Positions 18,433-28,588 of a stretch of 64,000 nucleotides of DNA are shown here, in pieces (the first letter of the stretch is position 1; every line of letters begins with the position of its first letter). The stretch is taken from NCBI GenBank assembly GCA_013334765.1, contig JAAXWW010000003.1, forward strand, positions 49,354 through 113,353, given 5' to 3'. The stretch is from Candidatus Moraniibacteriota bacterium (GTDB lineage: Bacteria > Patescibacteriota > Minisyncoccia > Moranbacterales > UBA2206). Position numbers and translations under genes: made by a program. The notes beneath the pieces are model-generated. The model saw nothing but the letters and a program-made list of their open reading frames with translations. It searched no databases and had not been told where the DNA came from.

Positions 18433-20067
18433 TTATACCTTCAAATTCTTCCCCCGTTCCGCTTTGGCCGCGACCAGTTTTATCTTCTCGTAGCTTATGT
18501 TCTCCGGCAGGATATCCTTAATCGGTTTCAGCCTTTCGGCGCTTCCGACCCGATCGATTGCGGCTGCAATGTCCTCTTCCTCAGCTTCAGAAACGAACTT
18601 GCGGATATCCAAATCTTTTCCGGAAAGATGCCAATCCGCCAAATGGCTGATGATGGTCCGGTCGCTCAATCCCCGGATCTTCACCATCTGTTCCAGAGTG
18701 TATCCACGCTGATAGAGATCGCCTGTCGCCCGGACAGTGGCGCCGATCAGGTTCCTGGTTGCCCTTTTCTCCTTCAAGCGGCTCCTAAAATCGTTGCTGT
18801 CGTCTTTCTTTCTTTTCCAGCCGAGACACACGTCGCAGCCTTGGCAATTGTCGCCATGCGTCGGATATTCCGGATCGTCGAAATATTTGAGGATGTTCTT
18901 CCGGCGGCATTTGGCTGTTTCGACATAGCCGATCATCTTGTCGAGCCGGTCGTATTTTATGGAAATGAGGCAGCTTATCTCTTCGTCCGACTTGCCCTGA
19001 TCCCACATGGCTTGGCGGTCGTTACGGATGAAGAATTTGTGCATCGTGACATCACGCTTGCCATGAAGCAATATGCAATATGCTGTCTCCCCGTCCCGGC
19101 CGGCGCGTCCGGCTTCCTGATAGTATCCTTCCAGATTCTTGGGCATGCCGGCGTGGATGACGAACCTGACATCGGATTTGTCCACGCCCATCCCAAAAGC
19201 GATGGTCGCCACGATGACTTTGTAGTTGTCGTCCATGAAACCGTTCTGGATCTTCTCGCGTTCCGGCCCGCTCATGCCGGCATGATATGCGGCAGCCGGA
19301 ACATCGTTTTCTTTAAGGAAAAGCGCCATCTGATCAGCTTCTTTCCTTGTGAGGGTATATATGATCCCAACTCCCTCCATGGTGCCGACCAAACGCAGGA
19401 CTTCGGCATAGCGTTCGCGCGGCTTGAGATCCTTCTCCACAAAGAATTTCAGATTAGGACGGTTGAATCCGCGCACGAACACTTGGGGATCCTTGAGCGC
19501 CAACCTCACGGAAATATCGTCTTTCACTTCCGGCGTCGCCGTCGCGGTGAAAGCGGCCACTGCGGGACGGTTGCGAAGACGGCCGATGAAATCCTTGATT
19601 TCGAGATAGTCGGGACGGAAATCATGTCCCCAGGCGGAAACGCAGTGCGCCTCGTCGACTGCCAGAAGGAAAAAATCGATATCGGCGATGAGCGCTTGGA
19701 AGTTCCGGTTGGACAATCTTTCCGGAGCGACATAGAGCAGCTTGTATTTCCCGTTTCGGACTCCCTGGACGCGGAAATCGACCTCGGAAGGAGACAGCGA
19801 GCTGTTGATGAAAGTGGCCGGGATGCCGCGGGCGTTGAGCGCGTCGACTTGGTCTTTCATGAGCGCGATGAGCGGAGAAATGATAATCGAGGTTTTCTGA
19901 CTGAGAATGGCCGGCAGCTGATAGCACAAAGACTTCCCTCCGCCGGTCGGCATGAGAGCGACAACATCTTTCCCTGCCAGGATCGCCTCGACGATTTCGC
20001 GCTGTCCCGGACGGAACTGGGAAAAATTGAAATATCTTTCTAGGTATCCTTCAAGCATGTCTTTCAT
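18433..20067 (-). CDS. recQ: RecQ-family ATP-dependent DNA helicase
   Basis: MPTGGGKSLCYQ, VDEAHCVSAWGHDFRP, QEAGRAGRDG, Zn-binding cysteines, C-terminal HTH. Confidence 0.95.
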   Translation of the reverse strand: MKDMLEGYLERYFNFSQFRPGQREIVEAILAGKDVVALMPTGGGKSLCYQLPAILSQKTSIIISPLIALMKDQVDALNARGIPATFINSSLSPSEVDFRVQGVRNGKYKLLYVAPERLSNRNFQALIADIDFFLLAVDEAHCVSAWGHDFRPDYLEIKDFIGRLRNRPAVAAFTATATPEVKDDISVRLALKDPQVFVRGFNRPNLKFFVEKDLKPRERYAEVLRLVGTMEGVGIIYTLTRKEADQMALFLKENDVPAAAYHAGMSGPEREKIQNGFMDDNYKVIVATIAFGMGVDKSDVRFVIHAGMPKNLEGYYQEAGRAGRDGETAYCILLHGKRDVTMHKFFIRNDRQAMWDQGKSDEEISCLISIKYDRLDKMIGYVETAKCRRKNILKYFDDPEYPTHGDNCQGCDVCLGWKRKKDDSNDFRSRLKEKRATRNLIGATVRATGDLYQRGYTLEQMVKIRGLSDRTIISHLADWHLSGKDLDIRKFVSEAEEEDIAAAIDRVGSAERLKPIKDILPENISYEKIKLVAAKAERGKNLKV

Positions 20068-20128
20068 CTTATCCTGTATCAGTCCATCTTACAATATCAA
20101 GATAAAATATGGATAAAAAAAGCTCAGG

Positions 20129-20923
20129 CTATTTCTGCTCCCAGTGCCAGTGCCAGGGCTCGTCCGACACCCCAAGATCGTTTCCTTTGGGATAGGTCTG
20201 ATAGAAATCGTATTTCGCGGCATTCTCATTAAGCCAAGCGAATTCCGGGAGGGCATAGAAATCGTCAGCAGTTTGACCCTTGTCCTGACCGCTCACTCCA
20301 TCGGCATTGATAAGGTCGGCGGCAGTATTAGGCGAACCATGCTCGCTGTAGCCGGGCATGGCGATCCATTTGGCATTCTCATCGAGGGAATATCCGTTCT
20401 CAGGACCAAGATAGTAGAAGAAGAGATAGGCCTGGTATCCGGGCGAGCGGTATCCGGACGAAATATAAAGCTCTTTCCCAATATCGTTTCTCATCGCTTC
20501 CATCATTCTCTGGAAATCGGCATAATGCTCTTTCGGGAAGAAATTGATTCCCGTGTCTATCTCGTTCCCATCATGAACGAATGTCATGGAATCTATTCTC
20601 GCAAGATCGGTGACCGGATCCTTTGAGAATTCCGGCCCCTTGAAACCGAGCGTTGAGGGCTTGATGGCGAATATCCTTTTGACGAATTTCCGTTCTATGG
20701 GATTGAGGCTCGCTATCAGACTGTCATAGGTGATGACTTTCCTTTCTTCCTTCGGCATCGATTCAAGCTTCGCCGCCCAATTCTTGTTTATCTGGTCGAC
20801 TGCGAAACGTTGGACAAAATCCAGTTTCTTGTTGGAGATCGGAAAGAATATGACATCCCAAAAAGCCAGAATCAAAAGAACGATTGCAAGCCACAAAACC
20901 GATAACCCTATTTTCTTCTTCAT
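20129..20923 (-). CDS. M15B D-Ala-D-Ala carboxypeptidase (VanY-like)
   Basis: SGYRS, PGYSEH, EPWHW motifs; N-terminal TM. Confidence 0.9.
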   Translation of the reverse strand: MKKKIGLSVLWLAIVLLILAFWDVIFFPISNKKLDFVQRFAVDQINKNWAAKLESMPKEERKVITYDSLIASLNPIERKFVKRIFAIKPSTLGFKGPEFSKDPVTDLARIDSMTFVHDGNEIDTGINFFPKEHYADFQRMMEAMRNDIGKELYISSGYRSPGYQAYLFFYYLGPENGYSLDENAKWIAMPGYSEHGSPNTAADLINADGVSGQDKGQTADDFYALPEFAWLNENAAKYDFYQTYPKGNDLGVSDEPWHWHWEQK

Positions 20924-20990
20924 TTTGTTTTGAATATATTTGAATTATCCTATTGAACTAATTCTATGGCAGAATTCCTGATTCGCAAAG

Positions 20991-21656
20991 TCACATCATC
21001 CCCTCGTCTTTCAAGCTGAAATATCCGTCCTTGGCGACGATTACATGATCGAGAAGTCCGATGCCGATGATCTTCGCGGCCTCCGAGAGGCGCTTGGTGA
21101 TTTCTATGTCTTCGTCGGACGGCTCCGGATTTCCGGATGGATGGTTATGCGCCACGATCAGGTGCGCGGCAACGTTCTTGATCGCCGGCTCGAAAACTTC
21201 CCGCGGATGTACCAGATTGGCATTGAGCGTCCCGATGGAGATAGTCTCACGGCAGATTTCCTGATTGCGGGTGTCGAGATAGAAAACGACGAAATGCTCC
21301 TTCTTGTGATCGCGGATGTCTTTTAGGCTATCGAAAACGTCTTCGGGTTTCATAATGAGCGCAGTTTTCTTGTTCTTGAGTTTCCTCCGGCCAAGTTCGA
21401 AGCATGCCACAATTTCTGCTGCTTTGGCAGCGCCGAGCCCGAAAGTTTTCTTGAGCTCCTTGAAATCAGCAATGGCAATGGCGCTATCCGGGAATTTCCG
21501 CAGTATTTCCTTGGAAAGCTCGACGACGTTTTTCCCTTTGGTGCCGGTGCGAAGCAATATGGCCAGGAGCTCGGCATCCTTGAGCTTTTCCGGACCGTAT
21601 TTCTCCATTTTCTCCCTCGGCCGCTCGATTTTATGCAGATCTTTTATTTTGGGCAT
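20991..21656 (-). CDS. radC: RadC (JAB domain) protein
   Basis: RPREK, ELLAILLRTG, HPREVF, HNHPSG, LLDHVI. Confidence 0.95.
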   Translation of the reverse strand: MPKIKDLHKIERPREKMEKYGPEKLKDAELLAILLRTGTKGKNVVELSKEILRKFPDSAIAIADFKELKKTFGLGAAKAAEIVACFELGRRKLKNKKTALIMKPEDVFDSLKDIRDHKKEHFVVFYLDTRNQEICRETISIGTLNANLVHPREVFEPAIKNVAAHLIVAHNHPSGNPEPSDEDIEITKRLSEAAKIIGIGLLDHVIVAKDGYFSLKDEGMM

Positions 21657-21738
21657 GGTTTTGAAAGGATTGTGTTAGCTTTTTTTGCTTTATTTAAGTC
21701 TTTTTGTGAGTATTTGGGGATATTTCGGTTGGGCACTC

Positions 21739-21767
21739 TTGACAAAAGTGCAATATGGGTGTATATT
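21739..21767 (+). promoter_or_regulatory. Sigma70-type promoter
   Basis: TTGACA-17 nt-TATATT. Confidence 0.7.
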
Positions 21768-21834
21768 AATAGGTCGGGATGGATTTTATCAGCGTTGAAC
21801 CTTAAACTTGCCCTCAAAGGCAAAGGTATAAGCC

Positions 21835-22266
21835 ATGAAGCGCACCAACCTGTTTTCCGTTCTTTTTATCGCCCTGCTTCTTACGCTCGGCCTGTTCGCA
21901 GTCATGCCGGACTCGGCACAGCAGACCCCATCGAACAGCTGCCCCTCGTCGGCCTACAACTGGATCGACAGCACCGACAGTTCCAAGATCACCCTCATCC
22001 TGGGGAACAACAACAGCTTCCCCGATGACGACATCCTGCTCCAAGAGATGGCAAACGCCATTTCGGAAAACATCCCGGCTGTCACAGAAGTATGGTTCCC
22101 CAATGAGAACAACAATCACGGCATGACCTTCAATATCAGCGCCAAGAGCTGCCGGGATGAGGTTATTCACGGAATTGAAGTGTTCATGGACTACTATTTC
22201 GACAGAGTGAGTCTGGCCAAGACCGAGTCTGAACGCATGAAGCGATTGAGAAACCAAAGCAGCTAG
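21835..22266 (+). CDS. Hypothetical secreted protein (only plus-strand gene)
   Basis: Signal peptide; has its own promoter and terminator. Confidence 0.75.
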   Translation: MKRTNLFSVLFIALLLTLGLFAVMPDSAQQTPSNSCPSSAYNWIDSTDSSKITLILGNNNSFPDDDILLQEMANAISENIPAVTEVWFPNENNNHGMTFNISAKSCRDEVIHGIEVFMDYYFDRVSLAKTESERMKRLRNQSS

Positions 22267-22293
22267 ACCGCCGCGCGCATCGCCGCGACCCAG

Positions 22294-22326
22294 GCCCCCA
22301 TTCACTAAGTAATGGGGGCTTTTTTT
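22294..22326 (+). terminator. Intrinsic terminator
   Basis: GCCCCCATT/AATGGGGGC stem plus T7. Confidence 0.8.
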
Positions 22327-22337
22327 CATGTTCGGAT

Positions 22338-22772
22338 TTATTTTTTAAGTTTCTTCCTGTCTCCTTTTATCGAATCCCAGACTATTTTGGCGAAACTTGC
22401 AAATACAAGCAATTGACCCATTATAATTGAGATCGTTCTCCTGTTTGGTCCGATACTCATCCAACTTTCACGATATTCAGGAGTTATAGTTATAAAATAA
22501 ACTGACGCAATAAGCCATATTATAAAAAACTTCATCCATTTTTTAAAAATATTATCGTTAACAAAAAACAGTAAGAAGGAGACAATGACAAGAGATATTG
22601 ATGTGAAATGCAATGAAATAATATATGAATTATATTTTATTGCGCACTTTTCAACCTCGTTTTCTAAATGACATAATCCTAATATTCCCGCTTTGGATGA
22701 CAAATAGCTATAACCATAAACAACAACTCCACATGCTAAGATTACAATCCTCCACCAATATGTTTTTTTCAT
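22338..22772 (-). CDS. AT-rich 4-TM membrane protein
   Basis: 144 aa, four hydrophobic helices, 17 nt after the lipase gene. Confidence 0.7.
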   Translation of the reverse strand: MKKTYWWRIVILACGVVVYGYSYLSSKAGILGLCHLENEVEKCAIKYNSYIISLHFTSISLVIVSFLLFFVNDNIFKKWMKFFIIWLIASVYFITITPEYRESWMSIGPNRRTISIIMGQLLVFASFAKIVWDSIKGDRKKLKK

Positions 22773-22789
22773 GATACTGCGATAAATAA

Positions 22790-25700
22790 TTATCTCTTAC
22801 TCTTCTTGTAGTATACCACTATCGCGACCTGAACGATCAGGAAAGAATATATGGACATCACCAAGAGAATAATCGTTTTTATCATCCTCTCACTGCTTTC
22901 CATTCGGCAATTGCAGGGAGCCTTTGCTTTATCAGCACAATCCACCTGAACTCCGTTTGGTGCGGATTCCGCAGCATCTCCTTCAATTTTTCCCCCGTTG
23001 ATTCCCTGGGGTGTCAGTGTCGAGACATTTTCTTTTCCCACAACTGATATTCTCTTGATGATGCTCGTTCGGGATATGCTTTCTTCATCATCACTATCAT
23101 CATTTCCACTATCGCTCTCATCGCTTACTGAAAAATCCGTTTTTTTCTGCCCGCTGTCAGAATCAGGTTCAGCCGAATAGTCTTCCGCGCCGTCCCCGTC
23201 ATAGTCAGCTATGAGTTTTGTTATGCCGGATACGCCACTGCTCGGTATATCGAGATTGACCTTGGTGTCAGGCGAAACTGGAAGATCGGAAAAGACCGCC
23301 GCCGCCAAAATCTCGTCATTGCCAGAAGAAGACGGCTGCACTTCTTCAGCTTTGAGCGTATATGATCCGCTGTCATAGCCGTCCATTTCCAGCTTGATGT
23401 TTTCGCCGCTAGGAAATCCGACATATTTCCGCTCATCCAGCTCGATATAGTAGCTGTTCGGAATGCCTTCCTCGATGATTGTCGTTTCCTGCCCGTCAAC
23501 CGTGACGGTTTTCGGTCCGGTATGGTTGCCCTGGTCGTCATAGAGATGGATATTGAGCGGAGAATAGAGCGACATGCGGATACGCGACTTGGCTCCTTCA
23601 TAGTCTTTTGGGAGACTTTTATGGATGTACTCCGGCAGCGAGGCGTTCTCGCCCTTATTGGAAATTATCTTGGAGAGAAATTGCCTTATCGAATCAGTTT
23701 CAAAGAGATATGCATGATTCTTACTATCATTATCATCCTTATTGCTTCTATATAAATCAAACCAATACCTCTCCACATCATCCCCTTCCGGCATCATAAG
23801 GGCACTCGGCGAAGTGACTATTCCATCACCATCGACTGTTAAAACCGGATCGAATATATTGTCGTATTCTCCGGTTCCTGTGCATGACGGAACTTTCGAT
23901 CCAGGAACAGCATGGCAACGAGTCTTTTCCTTTTCTCCATATCTGACCCCTTTTATAGTATCCAGCCCCCAACCTGCAATCTGGATAGCCTTGGTGCCGG
24001 AAGGAGGTTTCCATGCATCCTCTTTTTCATGCATCTTCCGAGCCTCTTCCAGGATATTTCCATTCAGTACGGCAGGCGTCGAAGCATCGTTCATCACGGA
24101 GTCTTCCCTTTCATCCCCTTCTCCAGTCAGAAATTTCTTGAATTCGTCATAGCCCTCTATGCCTTCTCCGTAGTCGCTTTTGAAGCGGCCGGATGAGAAT
24201 GTCACTAAGGGATCGTGTGATTTATCGAGATATTCTTTGCTAGGCAGAAGCCCGTATGCTCCAGGAATAGTAATCGCCAATTTCATCGCTTCATAATCGC
24301 TTGTAAGAAACCCATCGAGAAGCCCTTCCTTGTAGCCGTAGAGCATGGAGAGGATTGCCTTTGGCGTCCCCATTTGCGGCGTTCCGACAAACACCACTTT
24401 ATCGACCTCTCCCGCTTTCCCCTCTTCTTCCAGCTTCATCATGATGGCCTTGGCAAGGAGCCCGCCATTGGAATGAGCGACTATGGTCACCTTGCCGTTC
24501 TTCGATGACGATGCCAGTTCATCAACCGTCGCGACTGGAAATTTCCTCTCGCCGCCAGGGTGCGGAGTTCCGTTCTCAACCACATCTTCGACGCTCTGGC
24601 GCCAGTCATAGGGAAAGGCTTCATAGCCACTGATAATTTCGGCACTTTTTTTCGATTCCAAATCATCTATGAATGACTTATAGAATTTCTGGGTTGTTTT
24701 CAGAAACGATATTTGATCAATAACGTCTTTCGTATAGACATCCTCCATGCTCTTGCCGTCTTTGAAAAGAAGCTGATCCATGTCATTGCTGAAAGGAGTC
24801 GGCGGCCATAGCTGGTCTTCTGAGCCAAGCAGATCATTTTTGTATAGGCTGCTACCTTCTATTCCTGGCAGGAAGAGGACGTTTGATGCGCAGTCAGCAC
24901 AAACGCTTTCGAAGCGATGATCGCTCCAGCCGTCCAAGGTATAGTCGCCGGAAATCTCTTCGCCTGACCCTGAAAGCCCGGCTCCGCTCGGTCCAGAGGC
25001 ATCGCCATACCAGTTGTTTTCCAGCCTTATTGCTTCTTTATCACGGACAAAGCCGTGCTCAGTATCTTTTCCTGAAAAGGATATCAACGCGGTGCCTTGG
25101 AGATTGCCTTCGAAATTGGAATTGGAAACCATAAGGCTGCTGTCTAGCGATTCCTCTTCGGATGAATGGTAATAATCAACTTCTATGTCCGCATAGGAAT
25201 TGTCCTTGAATGTCGAGTTGTCGATGTCGACTCTGCCGCTATAGAATGTGACGGCCGGATTGAATCTGAGTTCTTGGCTCGCATAGGCCGTGTTGAAGAT
25301 GTTCCGCCTTGCTTTATCGTTAATCCCAATACGCGGCGGACAGTCCGAAGTATCGTATTCCACATATGTCCCCATGTCCTCGAAACTGACGTGCTCTAAT
25401 ATTGATGGATCTTCATTTTCCTCTGGCGTGTCTGAAAATTCGATCATGCCGCCCTCATACATGAAGCATTTCGGATCGTATTGCTGGTCTTCTTCAGGAA
25501 TGGAGGATGGGTCGAAAGGCGGCTTTACGAAAACGATATTCTCTTTGGAAGTCCCTCTTGCATCGATCCTGCCATCGAACACATAGATATTCCCCATCCT
25601 TATGCGGGTCCCTTTTTCTATGGTCAGCGTCGCTCCTTCGATGATCTCGACATCAGTATTGGAAATATCCACCTCTCCGCTCCAGACGGTATCATGGTCG

Positions 25701-25837
25701 ATTTCCATCCGGTCGTCATAGCATGCGCGGGCTTGGTTCGTGCGATTGAAAACCGAAAGCAGCCCTTCCGGCGAAACCGGCAGGACGGTGAGAATGAAAA
25801 TGAGCAGCGCGCTTATGGCTTGGCTTATCCTTCGCAT
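22790..25837 (-). CDS. Large surface protein with beta-helix-like N-terminus and LCAT/PLA-type alpha/beta hydrolase domain
   Basis: Signal peptide; FLPGIEGS, FPYDWR, AHSNGG, GTPQMG, GDGIV motifs; C-terminal TM. Confidence 0.8.
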   Translation of the reverse strand: MRRISQAISALLIFILTVLPVSPEGLLSVFNRTNQARACYDDRMEIDHDTVWSGEVDISNTDVEIIEGATLTIEKGTRIRMGNIYVFDGRIDARGTSKENIVFVKPPFDPSSIPEEDQQYDPKCFMYEGGMIEFSDTPEENEDPSILEHVSFEDMGTYVEYDTSDCPPRIGINDKARRNIFNTAYASQELRFNPAVTFYSGRVDIDNSTFKDNSYADIEVDYYHSSEEESLDSSLMVSNSNFEGNLQGTALISFSGKDTEHGFVRDKEAIRLENNWYGDASGPSGAGLSGSGEEISGDYTLDGWSDHRFESVCADCASNVLFLPGIEGSSLYKNDLLGSEDQLWPPTPFSNDMDQLLFKDGKSMEDVYTKDVIDQISFLKTTQKFYKSFIDDLESKKSAEIISGYEAFPYDWRQSVEDVVENGTPHPGGERKFPVATVDELASSSKNGKVTIVAHSNGGLLAKAIMMKLEEEGKAGEVDKVVFVGTPQMGTPKAILSMLYGYKEGLLDGFLTSDYEAMKLAITIPGAYGLLPSKEYLDKSHDPLVTFSSGRFKSDYGEGIEGYDEFKKFLTGEGDEREDSVMNDASTPAVLNGNILEEARKMHEKEDAWKPPSGTKAIQIAGWGLDTIKGVRYGEKEKTRCHAVPGSKVPSCTGTGEYDNIFDPVLTVDGDGIVTSPSALMMPEGDDVERYWFDLYRSNKDDNDSKNHAYLFETDSIRQFLSKIISNKGENASLPEYIHKSLPKDYEGAKSRIRMSLYSPLNIHLYDDQGNHTGPKTVTVDGQETTIIEEGIPNSYYIELDERKYVGFPSGENIKLEMDGYDSGSYTLKAEEVQPSSSGNDEILAAAVFSDLPVSPDTKVNLDIPSSGVSGITKLIADYDGDGAEDYSAEPDSDSGQKKTDFSVSDESDSGNDDSDDEESISRTSIIKRISVVGKENVSTLTPQGINGGKIEGDAAESAPNGVQVDCADKAKAPCNCRMESSERMIKTIILLVMSIYSFLIVQVAIVVYYKKSKR

Positions 25838-25998
25838 ATGTTCTTTGCCTCTGTTTTATGAAGCATTTTTCCATTCTAGACAGAGGGAAATAAACTTTCG
25901 ATAAAATTGTTATGGAGAAAAGATAAAATCGGCGCAAAAAAACAGCGCCATTCCTGACGCTGTTTCATAAGCTATATTCGATTGGAATTTGAAGTGTC

Positions 25999-28512
25999 CT
26001 ATTCTCCCAGCTGCCTGACCCAGTGCTGGAACTGGTCGCCTTTTTCTTCGAAATTCTTCCAGAGGCTATAGCTGGGCGAGGCGGTGGAAAGGAGGCAGGC
26101 ATCTCCGCTCGCGGTGTTGGCATAGGCGAAGGCTACAGCCTCCTGCATGTCTTTCGTTTCCAATATATTCAGCTCTTCTCGGGACGCGAAAATCCTTTTT
26201 CCGCTGTCGGGGAAAAGGACGATGTTTTTGATGCCGTTCTTCCTGATTTCCTTTTCCAGTTCCGAGAAATCATATCCGCGGTCTTCTCCGCCTAGGAAAA
26301 TAGTGCCGACGTGTGGGATGGTTTTGATTGCCATGATGGTTGATTCTGGAGTGGTCGATATGGCATCGTCATAGAACCGGATGCCTTTGAACTCTCCGAC
26401 CGGTTCGAGCCTATGAGCAAGAGGCTTGAATTTCTTGATTGCACGCATGATTACATCATCCGATATGCCAAATTGTTTTGCGGTTGCGATCGCTGCCCTG
26501 ATATTGTTTTTGTTGTGCTCGCCCAAGAGCGACGTTTCGATTCCGAAAAGAGAAATATTGGAAAAAGAAATTCCTTTCGCCGCGGTTTCACTTTCCCACG
26601 CTACAAGCCTTTCGTCTTTTCCGTTATAGATGAAAATATCTCCTGGTTTTTGGAAAGAAATGATATTCTTTTTGGCGGCATAATAATTATCCACTCCATC
26701 GTGATAGTTCATGTGTTCCGGGAAAAGATTGAGTGCCACAGCGATGCTTGGTGAATATTCGATGTCGTCCAATTGATAGCTTGAAAGTTCCAGCACGAAA
26801 ATCTCATCTGGATCAACAGGCACCATCAATGATTCAAGCATCGGTTTGCCGATATTGCCGAGCAGGCTGACTTTTTTGCCGGCCTCTTTGAGGATCGAAT
26901 ATATCAATGAGGATGTGGTGCTCTTTCCTTTGCTGCCTGTTATTCCGATCGTCGTATTCTTGACGTTGGAGAAAAACAGATTGGTCGCAGTCACGTATGG
27001 GATGGTCAGCAGTTCCTTTCTGATTCCTGGAGTCTTGATAGCCAGATCATAACCGGACTGTTTTTCGAGATAATCTTCGTCCAGTTCCTTGTCTGCGATG
27101 CCTATTTTGAGATCTGAAAAATATTTCCGGAGATATTTTTCGGTTACTTTCCCCTCTTTGCCATAGCCCAGAATCAAGACGTTTTTTATGCCGAGCAATC
27201 TGAATTTGGCGGGGAGAGTCGGAGCGTTGTTGGTTTTCATAACATCCCGGGTCAATTTCTCCGGGCTTTCTATTTTCGGCAGGAATTCTTTGACAATGAT
27301 GCTTTCCTTGAATTTCCTGCTCGCCAAACTCAGCGCCGCTCTCGATTCGTCGAAGGTGCCGACGCAGTCGAACGGTTTCATTTCCCCGAATCCGAGGATA
27401 TCGCCAAACATCGGGATCAGATTTTCATCCTCGAACATGTTTTTGCCGAAAATTTCCAGCAGCTCTTTCTTTGGCAAGAATGCCGAAAGAAGCGTGAAAA
27501 CGAAAGCGCACTTCGCGCACTCGCAGCACCAAAGCGACGGCTGCCTTTCCTTATGGACTTTGAAGCTCCGGTTGCAGCTTGAGAAATATGGGAAATATTT
27601 TTTGTGATGAGCGAACATCTCGGCGATCCTGATTTCATAGAAAGGCCGCGGCAGCGAGAAATATGTGATGCCGGAAGAGAGGCGCTGCCTGGCATAGTCC
27701 TGGAAAAGCTTCTCGAATTCCATGGATTTGCTCCATTGATGGTTCACTTCTTCGCCGAGATACGCGGCATTGCCGAAATTGCTGCTGAATTCGTTTCCGA
27801 CAGCGACATACGAGAAGTCATATATGGCAGCGGCGAGGTAGCCGAGAAACGCGAAGATGGCGGAAACCGGGACATGGCCGTTGTATGATCCCTCGTGAGG
27901 CGCGAATATCTTCTCGTCCAGATAGCGCCTGATCTTCAGGGACGGAACGCCCATCTCTTTGACGACAGCATCCGAGATCGAGGAATCCTTTTGGGTTTCG
28001 ATGAGAAGCGCCGTGACTGAGTCGCCGTTTTTCTTGAGCAGCTCGCCGGCAACGACGGAATCTTTCCCGCCGCCTATGCCGAGCAGTATCCGGTTTTTCC
28101 TTTTCAACGGATAGGCTTCGGTTTTCAGGTTTTCATCACAGGGGAAATCGATCAGGTTCCTGGAGTCGATCCGGTTCTGATAGAAAAATTCGCCCAGGCC
28201 TTTTCGATATATGGTGTTCCAGAAATCCGCTTGGGCTTTCGAGATTTTCCTGGATAGGACCATCTTCGGCGGACAATACAGCTTGTAGTAGCTGATGCCG
28301 AGCATCAGATGCACGTCTTGAAGGATATTCTCTAGGAGTCCGGGCGGAACCGTGTCGAACTCCAAGCCTTCAGGAAAAGCTATGGTCTCCCTGAAAGAAA
28401 GCGCGGGGCTGTTGGCGAATCCTATTTCATAGTCGAAAACGGCCTTCTTCTCCTGAGGCTTCATTTCGAATGAGACGAACGTGAATTTTTCGGCTTTCGG
28501 CTGGGTCGGCAT
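25999..28512 (-). CDS. MurL epimerase-MurD ligase fusion
   Basis: N half: GGGKDS, NGHVPVS, VNHQWSKS, FSSCN, WC..C.KC (MurL). C half: GITGSKGKST, ELSSYQL, PEHMNYH, YDDAISTTP (MurD). Confidence 0.85.
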   Translation of the reverse strand: MPTQPKAEKFTFVSFEMKPQEKKAVFDYEIGFANSPALSFRETIAFPEGLEFDTVPPGLLENILQDVHLMLGISYYKLYCPPKMVLSRKISKAQADFWNTIYRKGLGEFFYQNRIDSRNLIDFPCDENLKTEAYPLKRKNRILLGIGGGKDSVVAGELLKKNGDSVTALLIETQKDSSISDAVVKEMGVPSLKIRRYLDEKIFAPHEGSYNGHVPVSAIFAFLGYLAAAIYDFSYVAVGNEFSSNFGNAAYLGEEVNHQWSKSMEFEKLFQDYARQRLSSGITYFSLPRPFYEIRIAEMFAHHKKYFPYFSSCNRSFKVHKERQPSLWCCECAKCAFVFTLLSAFLPKKELLEIFGKNMFEDENLIPMFGDILGFGEMKPFDCVGTFDESRAALSLASRKFKESIIVKEFLPKIESPEKLTRDVMKTNNAPTLPAKFRLLGIKNVLILGYGKEGKVTEKYLRKYFSDLKIGIADKELDEDYLEKQSGYDLAIKTPGIRKELLTIPYVTATNLFFSNVKNTTIGITGSKGKSTTSSLIYSILKEAGKKVSLLGNIGKPMLESLMVPVDPDEIFVLELSSYQLDDIEYSPSIAVALNLFPEHMNYHDGVDNYYAAKKNIISFQKPGDIFIYNGKDERLVAWESETAAKGISFSNISLFGIETSLLGEHNKNNIRAAIATAKQFGISDDVIMRAIKKFKPLAHRLEPVGEFKGIRFYDDAISTTPESTIMAIKTIPHVGTIFLGGEDRGYDFSELEKEIRKNGIKNIVLFPDSGKRIFASREELNILETKDMQEAVAFAYANTASGDACLLSTASPSYSLWKNFEEKGDQFQHWVRQLGE

Positions 28513-28588
28513 AGTTTTTTAGTTATATTTCCGGAAGGCTAAGAGTAGCATGTTTCCGGCTGGCAATCAATACCGGCCGGGTCACTGA

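Noticed and set aside
18400-20043. 547-aa plus-strand ORF
   Set aside because: Antisense to recQ; typical shadow ORF of a GC-rich conserved gene
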